Notes under the pieces: generated by a model
Told to the model about the DNA's origin: nothing
Database searches by the model: none
Seen by the model: the letters and a program-made list of their open reading frames with translations, nothing else
Assembly (NCBI RefSeq): GCF_038025025.1
Contig: NW_027117344.1
Location: 1,054,001 to 1,118,000 of the forward strand
From: Phyllosticta citribraziliensis
Lineage: Eukaryota
Length of the DNA stretch: 64,000 nt
Direction of reading: 5' to 3'
Translations under genes and position numbers: made by a program
Shown here: positions 26,500 to 41,356 of the stretch, piece after piece
How the letters are laid out: each line of letters opens with the position of its first letter
Position numbering within the stretch: position 1 is the first letter of the stretch

Positions 26500-27345
26500 T
26501 ATTATACTATATTATTACTAGTTCGCTATTATATAGCCTATCTTAGAGGAAGAAGATAAGGAGCCTATTTATATATACTATTACTATAATCCTATAGCTT
26601 ATTAGGTCCTAGTAGCTAAGTACTTAGTACCTATAGGTTTATATAATAGTAGTAATAGTAAGATCTATATTATAGCATTACTAATTAGTTCTAATAAGGT
26701 ACCTATTAAGTAGGACTTTAAGTTAATACTTTATATTCCTTATAAGAATATAGAGAGTATTATATAAGTAAGTTTATCTTATTAATACTAGAAATTCTTA
26801 ACTAACTAATTATATAGGCTTACCTAGGTAGTCCTAAAGTATAAGAGTATACTAAGTATATCCTAGCTTTAGGTAATAGTATACCTTACTTATATATTAT
26901 AGTTTTAGCTTACTACTTTAACTACTTATTAGTTAAAACCTATACTAGCTTATTTAATACTTTTCTTATCTAGTATACTAGAATTAATAACCCTATTAGC
27001 TATACTAAGTATTATAATAATACTAATACTTATATATTTATTAATTATTACTACTTATCTAGTTTCTTATAGGGCTACTATACTAACTACCTTTAGAGTA
27101 TAGGTAACCTTAACTATACTATTAGTAATTTAAAGGGTATAAAGCTACCTACCTATTATAAGAGGTATAAAGATAAAATTTATATAGAAGAGTACTTAGG
27201 CTTATATAATTAAGCTATATCTAAGGATTAAACTAATTAGGCTTTAGCTAAGTAGGACCTCTTACTTAATAAGCTAAAGGATCTAAAGGAGATTATTTTA
27301 TATAATAATAGTTATAATAAGAAGAAAGGAAAGGGAAAGAAGTAA
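26500..27345 (+). pseudogene. Second copy of the antisense DUF3716-like ORF, in B2
   Basis: 26944-27345 aligns without gaps (402 nt) to B1 23963-23562 and ends in the same KKKGKGKK-stop. Confidence 0.68.
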
Positions 27346-30300
27346 AGGGTAGAAAGTAAGGATAAGAATAGTAAGGAATAAGTAGTAAAAAGGAGAGATT
27401 AAAAAGTAGAAGTTAAGGTTAATAGTATTTATATAAGGGTAGATAGTAAACTAATTAGTCTACTTTCTATATTATTATAATATTTACTTTAGGCCTAAGT
27501 AACTTATTTTATTATTACTTTCTATTTCTATTTATAGTTCTTTTTAAAGGAAGGTAGTCTTCTATTTTTCTAGGTTTTTTAGTAGCCCTACTATAGCTAG
27601 GTATAAAGAGTAAAACTCTTTAATTTTCTATAATATACTACTAAAAGAACTTATATTATACTACTAATTATCTTAGTTATATCTAGTCTATTTAACTTAA
27701 TATTAAAGCTTTCTATATAAGACTTAGCTAGCTTAAATATAGTCTACTTTCTACTTAGGCTTATCTTAAATAATTTTAGGTTCTAGTTTAGTATATTCCT
27801 AACTAGGAAGCTATTTTAATTTAGCTTTATAGAGCCTATTAGTATAGAAAAGGTTAACTATCTTTATATATAAGGGAAGATTAAGGATATAGGAAGATCT
27901 TTCTATTCTTATAATCTTAAAAGATCTAGTATTAGGGAAGTCTAATTTAAGGTTTAGCTAATTAGTAGACTATTCTAATTTTTTAATATAGATATAATCT
28001 CTAACTATAAAGTCTAGTATATAATGGTACTTATTAGCTTATTAATATATATACTCTTAGGATTTAAGAATAAGGTTCTTAATAAATTTAAAAGCTTCTT
28101 ATCTTCTCTTTTATAGTATTTATACTACTATATAAGCTATCCTTTCTAGTTACTAGGGAGTCTTAGTTTATTATTACTAATTATAATATATTTAAGGGGA
28201 ATATTCTAATCTAATTTTAAAAGGTAAAAGTCTAGTTACTTTATAAAGAAGTATTACTTATATAAGGTCTATTAAAGGTAGAAGATTAGACTAATTATTC
28301 TAAAAGTAGTTAATAAAGGGTCTTAATCTTTATATAAGATACTAATTAATAATCTTAGTAATATTATTAGTTTAAGAATAATAGGATAAATTAAAATACT
28401 ATTCTATACTAGTTAGCTTATATAGTTTATTTATAAAAGCTAAGATAAACTAAGGGCCTTAGTCTAAAAGAATAGACTTAGGATTCCTATAAATATAGTA
28501 GATATATTTATAAAAGAGCCTAGAGACTCCTTTAATATTAATCTTCTTTATATAAAATAAGCTAAAGGTTCTTTAACTTAACTAGTCTATAATAATAAGG
28601 ATTATATTATAGCCTCTTTAATCTTTAGGTATCTTTTTAAAATCTATAGCTAAGTATTACTAGGATTAAGTAGAAATCTCTAGGGGTTATAAAAGGCCTA
28701 GGTCTTTATTATAGAACTTCTTTATTTAGTAGTAGATATAGTATCCTTATCTATAAATATTAATTATATAATTTATAGCTAGCTAATAGTAATATTACTT
28801 AAAGAGTTTCTATATCTTTATAATACTAGAATAAGTAGTTATATAGGTAGTATATAAAGTATTAAGTATTCTTATATAAAGGTTATTATAATTTAGTATA
28901 AAGAGGGTACTATATTATAGTAAAAGACTATCCCTTAGTTCTTAACTACTTCTTTATTTAATATCTTTTAGAAGAGCTTTTTATTTTTAGGGTTCTAATT
29001 TAGAATCTTCTCTATTTATATAGAGAAGTTTATCTAAAAATAATACTAAAGGAGGAAGGTCTTATTTTAAAATAGAAAGAGGGATAATAATCTTTAGTAG
29101 GATAAGATATATTATTTATATAGCTTTTACTTTTTCTTTTTAAGTCTTTAGGTCTTCTTATTTTTAAGTAAGATAATTAGTAAGAATATTTTCCTTTCCT
29201 AAATAATAGGAGAATTATATATAGAATTCTATAAAAAACTTAGACTATCTAGCTTATTATTAATTAAGTTATTTTAGTAGAGTAGTACTCTAATACCTAG
29301 TAGTCTATAATTATAAGGAAGGGTTTTTTAAGGCTAATAAGTATTAGCCTCTATTCTTCTAGTCTATTCTTAATAGCTAGTAGTTCTTTATCTAAGATAC
29401 TATAATAAAGTTCTATATTAGCTATTACCTTAGAGTAGAATACTACTAGTTTCTACTTATATAAAGGTTATTAAAGCTATATTAAAATACTAGTAGTAAC
29501 TCTATTACTTATATTAGTCTCTATATAAGTATTAAGAGTAGGATTATAATTAACTAGGAGTATATTACTATATATTAGCTTCTTAAGTTATTAAATTACC
29601 TCTTCTTTTAGGGGTCCTAGTTATTACTATTTTATCTTAGAGTATAGTTTCTCTAATAGCTAGCTAATTTATCTATAGTTAGAGAGAAATTATTAGTAGA
29701 AATTATAGAAACCTAGAAAAAATTAAAGAGCTTTAAAGGTTTTAGGTATTAGCTAGTTTTATATAGGTTCTACCTTACCTAGGTCTATTTAAATACCTTT
29801 AATAGATATAATATATCTAAGGAACTTTATATAAGTAACTAAAAACTTATTCTTTTTTAAATCTACTTATAGTCCTACTTTTTATAATCTTACTAGTACT
29901 TTTTTTACTTATTCTTTATATTCTATAAGGTCTTTAGAGATATTAAGTATATTATCTATAAAAGCTATAATAAAATTATCTAAATACTTAAAGAGAACCT
30001 AGTTAATAAAATATTAAAAGGCTATAGGTCTATTACTTAATCTAAAAGGTAGGATATAATATTTAAATAAACTATATCTTATATAGAAAGTAGTTTTATC
30101 TTTAGAATCTTTAATAAGATAAATATAGTAGAAAGCTTATTAAATATCTAGCTTAATATAAATCTTACCCTTTCTAATATACTAAAGTAACTCTATAATA
30201 AGAGAAAGAGGGTATAAATCCTTAATAGTTTATTTATTAAGCTATTAGTAGTCTATATAAAATCTCTATTCTCTACTAGGCTTTTTTACTACTAGAATAG

Positions 30301-33300
30301 GAGAAGTATAGGTAGTAAAGCTTTTAGTAATAAAGCCCTTTTAAATATTCTTAATAATATACTCTTTTATAGCCTTAAGCTACTCTAGAGATATTTTATA
30401 GAAAGGACTAGAGAGAAGCTCTAGTAAACCCTTATATATAAGAGATATTTTATAATTAACTCCTATATAATAAGGTAGTAGCTTATTAGACTCTATTTTA
30501 GAAAATATATCTTAGAAATCCTTATAAGTAATAAGTAGCTTAGAAGCTAGTAGTTCCTTAGTTTCTTTATCTTTAATAGCTTATTAAACTTATATAAGGT
30601 TAATAGTATAGATCTCTATTAGTATAACTTATATTTTATATATAGAAAGCTTAAAGATATCTTAAGTTTAAAATTTAATTCCCTTAATAACCTATACTAA
30701 GAGAAGAAGATATTTATTAAAGTTTTTATCTTTATAGTCTATATCTACTTAGTATTCTTTCTATAGTATATTACTTTATATAGAGACTTTTAGTAGATAT
30801 AAAAGATATTAAAAGGATTAGTTAACTAGTAGCTATCTCTAGACTAGTTTATATTATTTATAGTCTAGAAGAATATTATACTAGTTAAAAAACTATTACC
30901 TAAGAATTATATTATTCTAGCTAATATTATAAATAAAAGTATATATAGAAACTATTTAATCCTAGAAATAAAGTTATAAATAAAAGTAGAAATTAACTTT
31001 CTTATTTATATATTAGTTAAATCTAGTAATATTAAGCCTATTACCTATTATTTTCTTTTTTATAGTACCTATAGACTAGAGAGTTAATAGTAGCTTAGAA
31101 TAGATAAAACTTATACTACTAGTATTAGTATTAGCTAGGGTATAAACTTCTAAGGTATAGCTATTAGATATAATTAAGGTTTATATAATAAAGGGTATAT
31201 CTCTAATAAAGTAACTAAGATTTATATAAGAACCCTTAATATATACTACTCTAAGTTTAGACCTAAGGTAGGAGACTTTACCTAGGCCTTATTATTTTCT
31301 AATAATAACTCTTCTTTATTATTTATATAAATATCCTTAGTACTTTCTTCTTCTATTAACTCTATTACCTTTATCTCTAGTTATAGGTATTATCTCTATA
31401 AATAGCTAAACTAGCTATAGTAATTATATAGTTTAATCTTTATATAAACTTCTACTTTACCCTTATAGGTTATATTATATAAGGAAGCCCTTAAGAAAGA
31501 TTATACCTAAGTATATCTAAAAGATAAAGTACTTATATTATTTAAGGTAGTTATCTTTACTCTCTCCTATTATCTCTTCTTAGCTTATTCCTTATATAAG
31601 GTAAGTATTAGTTTTCTATAATTAGATTAGTAGTTACTAAGACTTTAAATAATAGGATAGGCTCTTTAGAGGTACTTATAAAAATTAATATCCTTATCTT
31701 ACTTTATAGTAACTATATAGGTTTAAAGAAGAGGATCTATTATATTATAAAAGTCCTCTTTCTATTATTCTTAGAGAAGATCTATATCTAAGGCTAATTA
31801 TATAAAGTTAGATTAAAACTTCTAAAGGTCTATAGGAATATAATATATAAGTAAGTATAACTACTTCTTTATATCCTTATACTTATATAAACTCTAAAGA
31901 AGGTTATTTAGGAATTTAAAGATATCCTTATCTAAAGTAACTTTATTAACCTTTATATAAGAAGTAAGAAAAGGAGTTAAGTATTATAAGACTTCTCTAC
32001 TAATATAGGAGATAATATATTCTATAATATTCTATTTAGTCTCCTCTACTATACCTTTAGTAAAGTAATTATAGTTTTATTTAATTTTATTTTATATAAG
32101 AAGAGTCTAATATTTATATAAGGGGTCTTCTCTATTAATAAGAAGAGGAGGATTAGGAACCTTCCTACTTCTATATTTCTTATTAAAAGAAGAAGTAGAG
32201 GTTTTAGTAGTAATTTCCTTTATATAAATAGAGGGAGGTCTAAGAGTCCTTACTACTCTACTAGTAGAAGGATCTTATAAAAGGGTAATAGGTCTTAGGT
32301 TCTAGCTTAATAGAGAGGGCCTAATATACCCTTCTTTTAAGGCTTCCCTTAGGCTATTAGTATAGTTTAAGAGTATTTATTTAAGAGCCTAGTTTTACCT
32401 TTATATATAATTTAATTACTACTATACTTAAGGCTTATTTAAAGATATAATCTTAGATTTAAATTAATTAATATCTAAATATAGTACCTTTATAAATACC
32501 TCTATAACTAGAGCTTATATTATATAAGTTAGTCTTAGGTCTTAAGTATATTCCTTTATCTCTACTACTATAATTATATAGAAATTATAAAGAAGAATAG
32601 GAGGAGCTCTTCTTTTATTATTATTTAATAGAGGTCTAGAGTTATATAAATCTTTAGTTCCTTTATATAAGTCTTATTAAGTAGATTAACTAGTACTAAT
32701 ACCTTTAGTAGTACTAGATATATTAGCTTTATTCTTAGCTATACTATCTTTATAGTCTTCTACTTAGAATATCCCTTAAGTAGGTTATAGATAGGATACC
32801 TCCTAGATATTTATATACTACCCTATAGCCTTAAGTAAAGACTTCTATAGTTAATATATACTTAATACTCCTTAGTCCTTAGATAATACTAATATATCTA
32901 ATAAAGATAACTTAGATTTACTAGGGAAAAGTAATAAGTAGTCTTATATAAGACTATAGTTATATATAATATTATTTAGGTTAAATATTATAATACCTTT
33001 ATAGGTAAAGAAGTAGGATAGAGCTAAAATTTAGAATAATCTTTTATATCTATTATAACTTATAGATTTCTTATTATATAGGTAAGGGCTAAAGGTAAAC
33101 TACTAGAGAATATATATATATCTTAATTAAATCTAATAAATTAAAAGAATAAAATATAAAAGATACTTACTACCTATATATTCCTTAGCCTTTTCTTTAT
33201 ACTATTCTACCTCTTATTCTTTATATAAGGGTCCTTAGTCATTATTAGGTAAGTTATAAAGGTAAGGTATTAATAGGCTATTATACTATATCTATCTAGG

Positions 33301-33407
33301 GCTATAGTAGCTAGTACTAGGCTATAGTAGCTAGTACTAGGCTATAGTAGCTAGTTACTACCTAAGGTAAGGCTTATACTTCTTATAACTATATAATACT
33401 AGGTTTA

Positions 33408-36400
33408 TATAATGCTAGCCCTTACCCTTACTAAGGAGGAACCTATATAGGGGCTATATAGTAGCTACTTAGGCCCTAAGAGGGCTATAAGGCTAAGTAA
33501 GAAATATATAAAACCCCTAGCTAGGCTAAACCCTTAGAAACTAAGATTTTATCTATTATCTAGGATACTAAATATATTATTCTTACTTACTTTAACCCCC
33601 TATAGTACTAAATCTTATATTTAAAATCTTTAACTATTATAGCTAGTTAAATTAATAAAAAATAGCTCCTATTACCTATTTAGTAAGTATTATCTCTAAT
33701 ACTAACTTACTAGCTACTAGCTAGCTATTTAGTAGCTAAAAGTCTATTAACTAGAGGCTAGACCTCCCCCTAATTAGTAAAGATACTTATAGTAAAGGTT
33801 AGAATCTAAATAAGGGTATAAGCTACTACTTAGCTATACTAATACTAAACCTATATATAGTAACTATTAATAAGAAAATTATAGTACTACTAATAATACT
33901 TAACTTAATAGATACTAAAGAGCTTATTAAAGTATATTAGTAAATCTAGAAGCTCTAAGAGATTAAAAGAAGCCTCTTAAAGCTACCTAATCTAGACCTA
34001 ATAGGAGGCTACTTATAGCCTAAGCTATAAGCCTCCTATTATAACCCTCTTAACTCTTTTATTAAAGCCCCTATATCTAAGCTTATAAGTATAGAGGTAA
34101 AAGATATTAACTCCTAGTTCTAGGCCCTAAATAATATATTTAAAATATATAGTACTTCTAAAGACTTAGGGTACTAGTTATAATAGGCTACTTAAGGGCT
34201 AGCTATTAATAAGGTAAACCTATATAATAAGGTATTTAATACCCTTAACTTAAAAATAAGTCCCTTAGTATACTTTAAAGAATTTTATATATTTATTATA
34301 GATTAAATCTAGGACCCTAATATATAGAGGTTTAAAATATATATAAAGTTCTTTAATATAACCTAAGAAAAGGGGTAGGAGTTTAAAAGCCTATAATTTA
34401 TACTAGAAGTAGAAGAATACTATTTAAAGTTTAAAATTATAAATAAAGAATACTATATTATATACTAGTTCTTATAGATATACCCTATACTTTATATTAA
34501 GCTAATAAAGATAAGTACTAAGAGCTAGATAAAGACTAAATATAAAGTATTTATTAAAGTTAAAAAGGCTAAGGAGCTATTTAAATAGTCCTTTAAAAAG
34601 GGTAACCCTAAGGGGGTACCTAAATAGGGCTAGTTTAAACCTAGCTTAATACCCCCTTAGGGGCTAAGACTAGAGAAAAAGTATTAAGGATTAATATCTA
34701 AGAGTAGGACTAATAAACTAATATATTTAAAGAATAGCTAAAAGGGGTATTAGAATAGTAATTAAAGCTATTTAGATAGTACCCTCTAGTTAAAGAGAGA
34801 CTAACTATTAGCTAATAAGAAATTAGAAAAAGATATACTTTAGTTATATATCTAAGAGCTTCTTAATAACTAGAGTAGGAGAACTAATAAAGAAGCTATT
34901 AAGTAATAGATAATTTACTAGTAGTATAAGTTATATATAATATAGCTACTAAGACCTACTCTCTAATAGCCCTTATTAATAATAGTATAACCCTAAATAT
35001 AATTTAGAGGTTTATAATATTAGATAAGAGATTAGTCCCTATTTAAATATTATCTAGTTACTATCTAATTATTATCCTAGTAGATAGGTCTCCTCTTATC
35101 CTAGGCTTAACCTATAAGTTCCTAACTATAATCTAAAATAATTATAATTATAATAGGACTATAGGCCCTTAGCTATTCTAGAAAAGTTAAAAGGTAGTAT
35201 TTAATCTTATCTTTAGCCTAGAGTAGATAGGTAAGGCTAAGTACTACTTTAAGTACTTCTAAGAATATAAAATATTATTCTCTTAGGCTAATCTAAGTTA
35301 TAAGCTAGTAATTAAGTATATCTTATTAAATAAGCTAAAAGATAAGATTAGCCCTAAAGAATATATCTACTATACCTAGATTATAGGTACTATAATATAA
35401 TAACCCTAATAGGTTAGCTACTTAGGTCCTATAAGGACCTTATAGGATATATAATTATTTATAGCTACTATTAGTATATTTAATAGTAGCTATTCCTAGG
35501 ACCTAGTAACCTATATAGATACTAGTAAGGAGCCCTTTAAGGCCCTTTTAAAATAGTATATAGAATTTAATAATATCTTTAATAATAAACTTACTAGTAT
35601 CTTAGCCTAGAATATAGAGTATAATTATATAATTAATCTAGAGGATAGTAAAATACTACTATAGTTACTAATCTATAATCTATTTAAGAGAGAACTAAGT
35701 ATCCTTAAGAAATACCTAGAGAAGGTATTATACCTTAGATAAATTAGACCTAATAAGTTACCTATTAAGGCCCTAATCCTCTTTATTCTAAAGGCTAATA
35801 GGACCCTATACCTTTATATAAACTACTAAGGGCTTAATAAGGCTACTATTAAGAATTAGTACCCTTTACTACTAATTAAGGAGCTAATAGACTATATCTT
35901 AGGGGCTACTATCTATATAAAGCTAGATCTCTATAATACCTACTATTAGCTCTATATTAAAGTAGGGGATAAATAGAAAATAGCTTTTAAAATATACTAT
36001 AGCTATTATAAGTATATAATAATACCCTTTAGACTAGCTAATACTCTAGTATCCTTCTAGGTATATATCTATTATACCTTAGCTAGGTACCTAGACTCTA
36101 TCTATATTATCTATCTAGATAATATCCTTATCTACTCTAAAGATAAGATAGACTATATCTACTATATTAAATTAATCTTAGAATAGTTATAGGAATAGAA
36201 ACTATATATAAAGAGTTTAAAGTATATATTCTATATAAAGTATATTAAATTCTTAGGGTTTATAATTACCCCTAATAGTATCTAAATAGATACTAAATAG
36301 GTCTAGACTATTAAGGAATAGCTAGAACCTTAAAGCTACTAGAATATCTAAGTATTCCTAGGCTTTACTAACTTCTATTACTAGTTTATTTAGAACTATT

Positions 36401-39400
36401 CTATACTTATTTAGCCTTTATATAAGCTCCTAAGAGAGGCTAGTTAACCCCTAATAGGTAGTAAACCTAGGGCTATAGAGGTAAAGAAGAAAAAGACTAA
36501 GAAAGGGTCTATATAATAGTATTAACCCTAGTACTAGCTAGAACCTATCTAAATAGTATTCTAGTAGCTATAAGGAGCCTTCTTTAAAAACCCTCTATTA
36601 TAGTACTATAATCTATAGTATCTATTAACTCTAATTATAGATACCTCTAATTATATATATATAAGAATTCTCCTATAGCCTATAGTTAGGAGTAATAGGG
36701 CTATATACTAATACCTAATTACCTACTACTTATATAAGTTTATTACTACTAAAGTATAGTATAATACCTATAATAAAGAGTTATATACTATTATAAAATA
36801 CTTTAAAATATAGTAGTACTACCTAGTATATATACCTACTATTATATAAGTCCTTATAGATTATAATAACCTCTACTACTTTATAGAAACTAAGTACCTA
36901 ACTACTTAGTAGGCCTAGTATATAGAGTTATTTATAGAATTTAATTTTAAGATTAGCTATAAACCTAGCTTAACTAACCTTACTAATAGCCTATCCTATT
37001 ACCCTAACTATACTAGGGGCTTTAAAGAGATAGATAAATAGCTAGTATTAGATATTCTACTACTTATACTATAGTAGAAGCTCTAAATAAAGAACCTTAA
37101 GGAGTTTTTAGGTACTACTAGCCCTTTATATACTAGCTAGATAGATATATTATAATACCTACTTAGAGCTAAGGACTTAGTAATACTACCTTTAACTTAA
37201 GTCCTTTCCTATAATAGGAACCCCCTTATAGTAGCCCTAATTATTAATATTAATTTAGTACTAAGTTTAATATCTTACTAGGAGGTAGTAGTAGCTATTA
37301 CTAGTAAAATAGCCTATATTAACCCCTTTAAGTCTCTCCTCTAGCTACTTCTAGATAGCTAAAGAGTAGACCCTCTATATAATAAGGTCTATATAGATAG
37401 TATAATAGGGGTAGATAGTATTAGAGAGGGGTACTCTATAGACCCCTAAAGTCTTATCTATTAAGATAATAAGGTATAGATACCTAATAGTACCCTATTA
37501 TATAATAAGATCTTTCTATAGAACTATAATAACCTAGTTAGTAGGTACTTTAGTATTAAATATACTATTAAAGTTATTAGCTATAAATACTAGTAGCTAA
37601 TACTATTAGCTAATATTACTATATATATAGGAGACTATAATACCTACTAGTAGAATAAATTATAGTAGTACTAGCTATATAGGCTCCTTAAGCTAGTTTA
37701 AAAACTAACTATACCCTAATAATACTTTATAATAGATTTTATTATAGACCTTCTAGTCTCTTAGGACCTATTAGGATATAAATATAATATAATTCTAGTC
37801 CTAGTAGATAGGTTTATAAAGTTTATATAGTACTTCTCTATATAAATAACTATTAGTATAGATAGGCTTACTATACTTATCTAGTATAAGGTTATTATAG
37901 CTACTAGATACCTAGTTAATATTATTTTAGACTAGGGTAGCCTCTTTATAAGTAACTACTAAAGTACCTTTTACTACTACTTAAGAGTTATCTATAAGCT
38001 AAGTATAGTATTCTATTTATAGACTAATAGGTAGATAGAGTACTAAAACTAGGAGCTAGAGGTATATCTATATATATATATTAACTATAAATAATCTAAT
38101 TAGGCCTCTAGGCTTAGGGAGGCTACCTTTACCTATAATAGTAAGGTATATTCTATAATAAAATTTACTCTAATTTATCTAGTCTTTAACTAGATATTAA
38201 ATATCCCTAATAATATACTAGATACTATACTCTAAATAGGGGGGGGAATTAATAAGGATACTATAAGATATCTAGTTAAAGATAAAAGGGCTACTATAGG
38301 CCCTAATATTTCTATACTACCTAATTTAAAATAAGTCTAGTAAGTAGAGAGCTACCTCTACTAGCTAGTATATACTTATAATAAGGCTAGGAGGTATATT
38401 AAATATACTAGGATACTTTAGACTAAGTATACTAATTATTATTAATTAGATAAATAATTTAATATAGGGGATAAGGTACTTCTCTTATTAAAAAATATCT
38501 ATACTAAGTAGCTAATAAAGAAGCTAGATATCTAATATCTAGGCCTCTTTCCTATTATCTAATAGTATAGTAGGATAGTATATAAACTAGACCTCCTATT
38601 AAGTATAGTAAGAATCTATCTAATATTCTATATCTCCCTACTAGAGCCCTACTAGGGCTTAGTAGATACTAAACTACTCCCTATTAAAATTAATAATAAA
38701 GGTAATAAGTACTAGGAAGTAGAAATAATTATAGACTATAAGCTTACCCCTAAGGGGGTATAATACTATATTAAATAGGTAGGCTACTTAAATAAGTTTA
38801 ATAAATAGATATATAGGGATAGCCTAGAAAACTACTAAGAAGTACTAGATATATATAAGTCTTCCTATAATATTTTAAGAAACCTAACTAAATATAAGTA
38901 AATAGTACTTAAGAGAGTAGTAAGTAGGCTAGTAATAGTAACCCTAGTAAAGTATAGTTAAGGGTAACCCCTAGGGTTAAGAAATAGGCTAAAAGGGCTA
39001 GTAACTATAATTAAGGACCTCTTTAAGATCCTTTAAAAAGCTAATAATAGACTAGGAGATAGAGAAGACTATTTAAATAGTAACTTAAATAATAATATAG
39101 AACTATTAAGCTAGAAGGAGTATAATAATAGGTTATAAAGAGCTAGAAATAGGATAATAAGTAAAAATAGGAGGGAAGTAAGTATATTTTAAGAACTATT
39201 CTATAACTAACTATTATAGCTTAATATAAAAATAGAGCCTTCTTCTATTAACTATACCTATAAAAGAAACTATAACTACTATAAGGATATTAAAAAGGAC
39301 CTAAAAACTCTATTAACTAGAGCCTATTAAGACCTAAACTAAGGAAAACCTAGGTAAAGATAGAAGAAAGACCCTATTTTCTAACTTAAATATTATAATA

Positions 39401-41356
39401 GAGAGTATTATAGTAAGTAGAAGTAATATATATATATAATAGCTAGAGCTACTTAAGCTATATATTTATTATAATATTAGTAGGATTATTAGGGCTAAAG
39501 AAACTACCTACTCCCTATAAAGGTTAGTTAAAGAATAGTAAAGCTAAATAGGGCCTAAAGGGTAGTAACTTACCTACTAATACTCCTAAGTAATATAATA
39601 ACTTATATAGTAATAATAACTATACTTTATAACTATTATTCCCTCTACCTTTATATAATTATCTAGGGTCTTAGTAAAGTTCTATATTATCTAGTCTAGG
39701 GTATTAAAATAGCTAAACTAAGATACTAATAAATAGATAAATAGGTTATTATTAATTAAGGTAGTTATATTATAGATATTATTCTTTAAAAGCTTACTAG
39801 TATATAATAACTTAATATTAGAGTATACTAAAGGAATATATATAGCTACTATACTAGTAGCTAGTAGGTAGCTAGTTAATAATAAAGTAGTACCTTATAT
39901 CTAAGCCTAGGTCTAGTAATAAGGTAGTACTACCTAAGAAGTAATAGTATAAATTATATTTTAGATTAGATACTTATACTCCTCTAGAGTAATATTTACT
40001 ATATAGTAGAAATAGTTATTAATCTAAGGATAAAATAAGTAGATAAACCTTAATAGTACCTAAATAGTATACCTAATTATACTAATTAGCTATTAAGGTA
40101 TAGTATATATACTTACTACTACCTCTAATAGCTATATTATAGCTAATAAATAATATAGTAATCTAAGCCTAGATAATTATAAAATCCCTATATAAGGTTA
40201 ACTATATAAAACTATTAGATAATAGATAAAGGTAAACTTACTAAAGGTAAGTCTAAGGCTTATAACTACTAGAGCTAGTAGAACTACTATCTCTATTAGA
40301 TAAAGTACTAGGTATCTTATACTTATAAGATAAGGTCTATAGCTTTAGAATAGGTACTAAAGGGTTATCTAGTAGTATCTAATCCTAATACTAGATATAA
40401 TAAGAATAGCCCTAATATACTAAAAATAGCTAAGGTTAAAAGTATACTAGGAGGCTATCTATAGTAGTATATATAAGGTAAGTAGGAGCTATAATCTATA
40501 TAAGAGGAAAAAGTAGAAGGGTAAAGATTAAATATAGAGAAAGATTTAAGGCTAAAAGGTATAATACCTATTTATACTCTAATAGATACTAACTCTATAC
40601 CTATAACTAAACTACTAGGCTAGTTATACTTAGGTAGATATATAAATAACCCTAATAGATACTAGAGGTATATAGTAAGGAGGCTATAAAGGCCCTAATT
40701 ATAGGCTATAATATAGCCTAGTAACCTTTACTATACTCTAAAAAAGAAGCCCCCTAGTATTAAAGTAAAATAATACTATATAATAACTATAGATTAAGAC
40801 CCTTACTAGCTAGCCTAGAAGATACCTAGAGGCCCTTAATATAAAGATAGCTAGCTAATAAGGTAAGCCTAGGAAATAAAGGGTAAATAGTCTATCCTTA
40901 GTAGCCTATAATAGGATAAAGAACCTAACTAGGGGGCTAAAGGGACCCTAAGGAGTTATAATATAAATAGTAGTCTAACCCTATTATAAAAACTACTAGA
41001 GAGGTAGGAATACCCTCTAAAAGGCTAGCCTACTATAATAGCTAGGTAGCCTTTTATAATACTATTAATAACCCTTAAAAAAGGGTATACTAAGAGTAGG
41101 GGAACTAAAGGACTAGGGATAGTCCTTTTTAAAGGGGGGAATAATATAATACTAGCCCTTACCCTTATTAAGGAGGAACCTATATAGGGGCTATATAGTA
41201 GCTACTTAGGCCCTAAGAGGGCTATAAGGCTAAGTAAGAAATATATAAAACCTCTAGCTAGGCTAAACCCTTAGAAACTAAGGTTTTATCTATTATCTAG
41301 GATACTAAATATATTATTCTTACTTAATTTAACCCCCTATAGTGCTAAATCTTATA
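33408..41356 (+). mobile_element. Ty3/gypsy chromovirus C, full length (7949 bp), inserted in the 5' LTR of B2
   Basis: 212-bp LTRs at 33408-33619 and 41145-41356; TSD GTTTA (33403-33407, 41357-41361); PPT AAAGGGGGGA ~41131-41140. De-RIPed protease ALID.GAT (~34970), RT IYLDDIL (~36110-36130), RNase H TDAS (~36640), integrase (~37500-38640), chromodomain WEVE.I.DH...Y.VKW.GY (~38710-38870). Confidence 0.95.
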
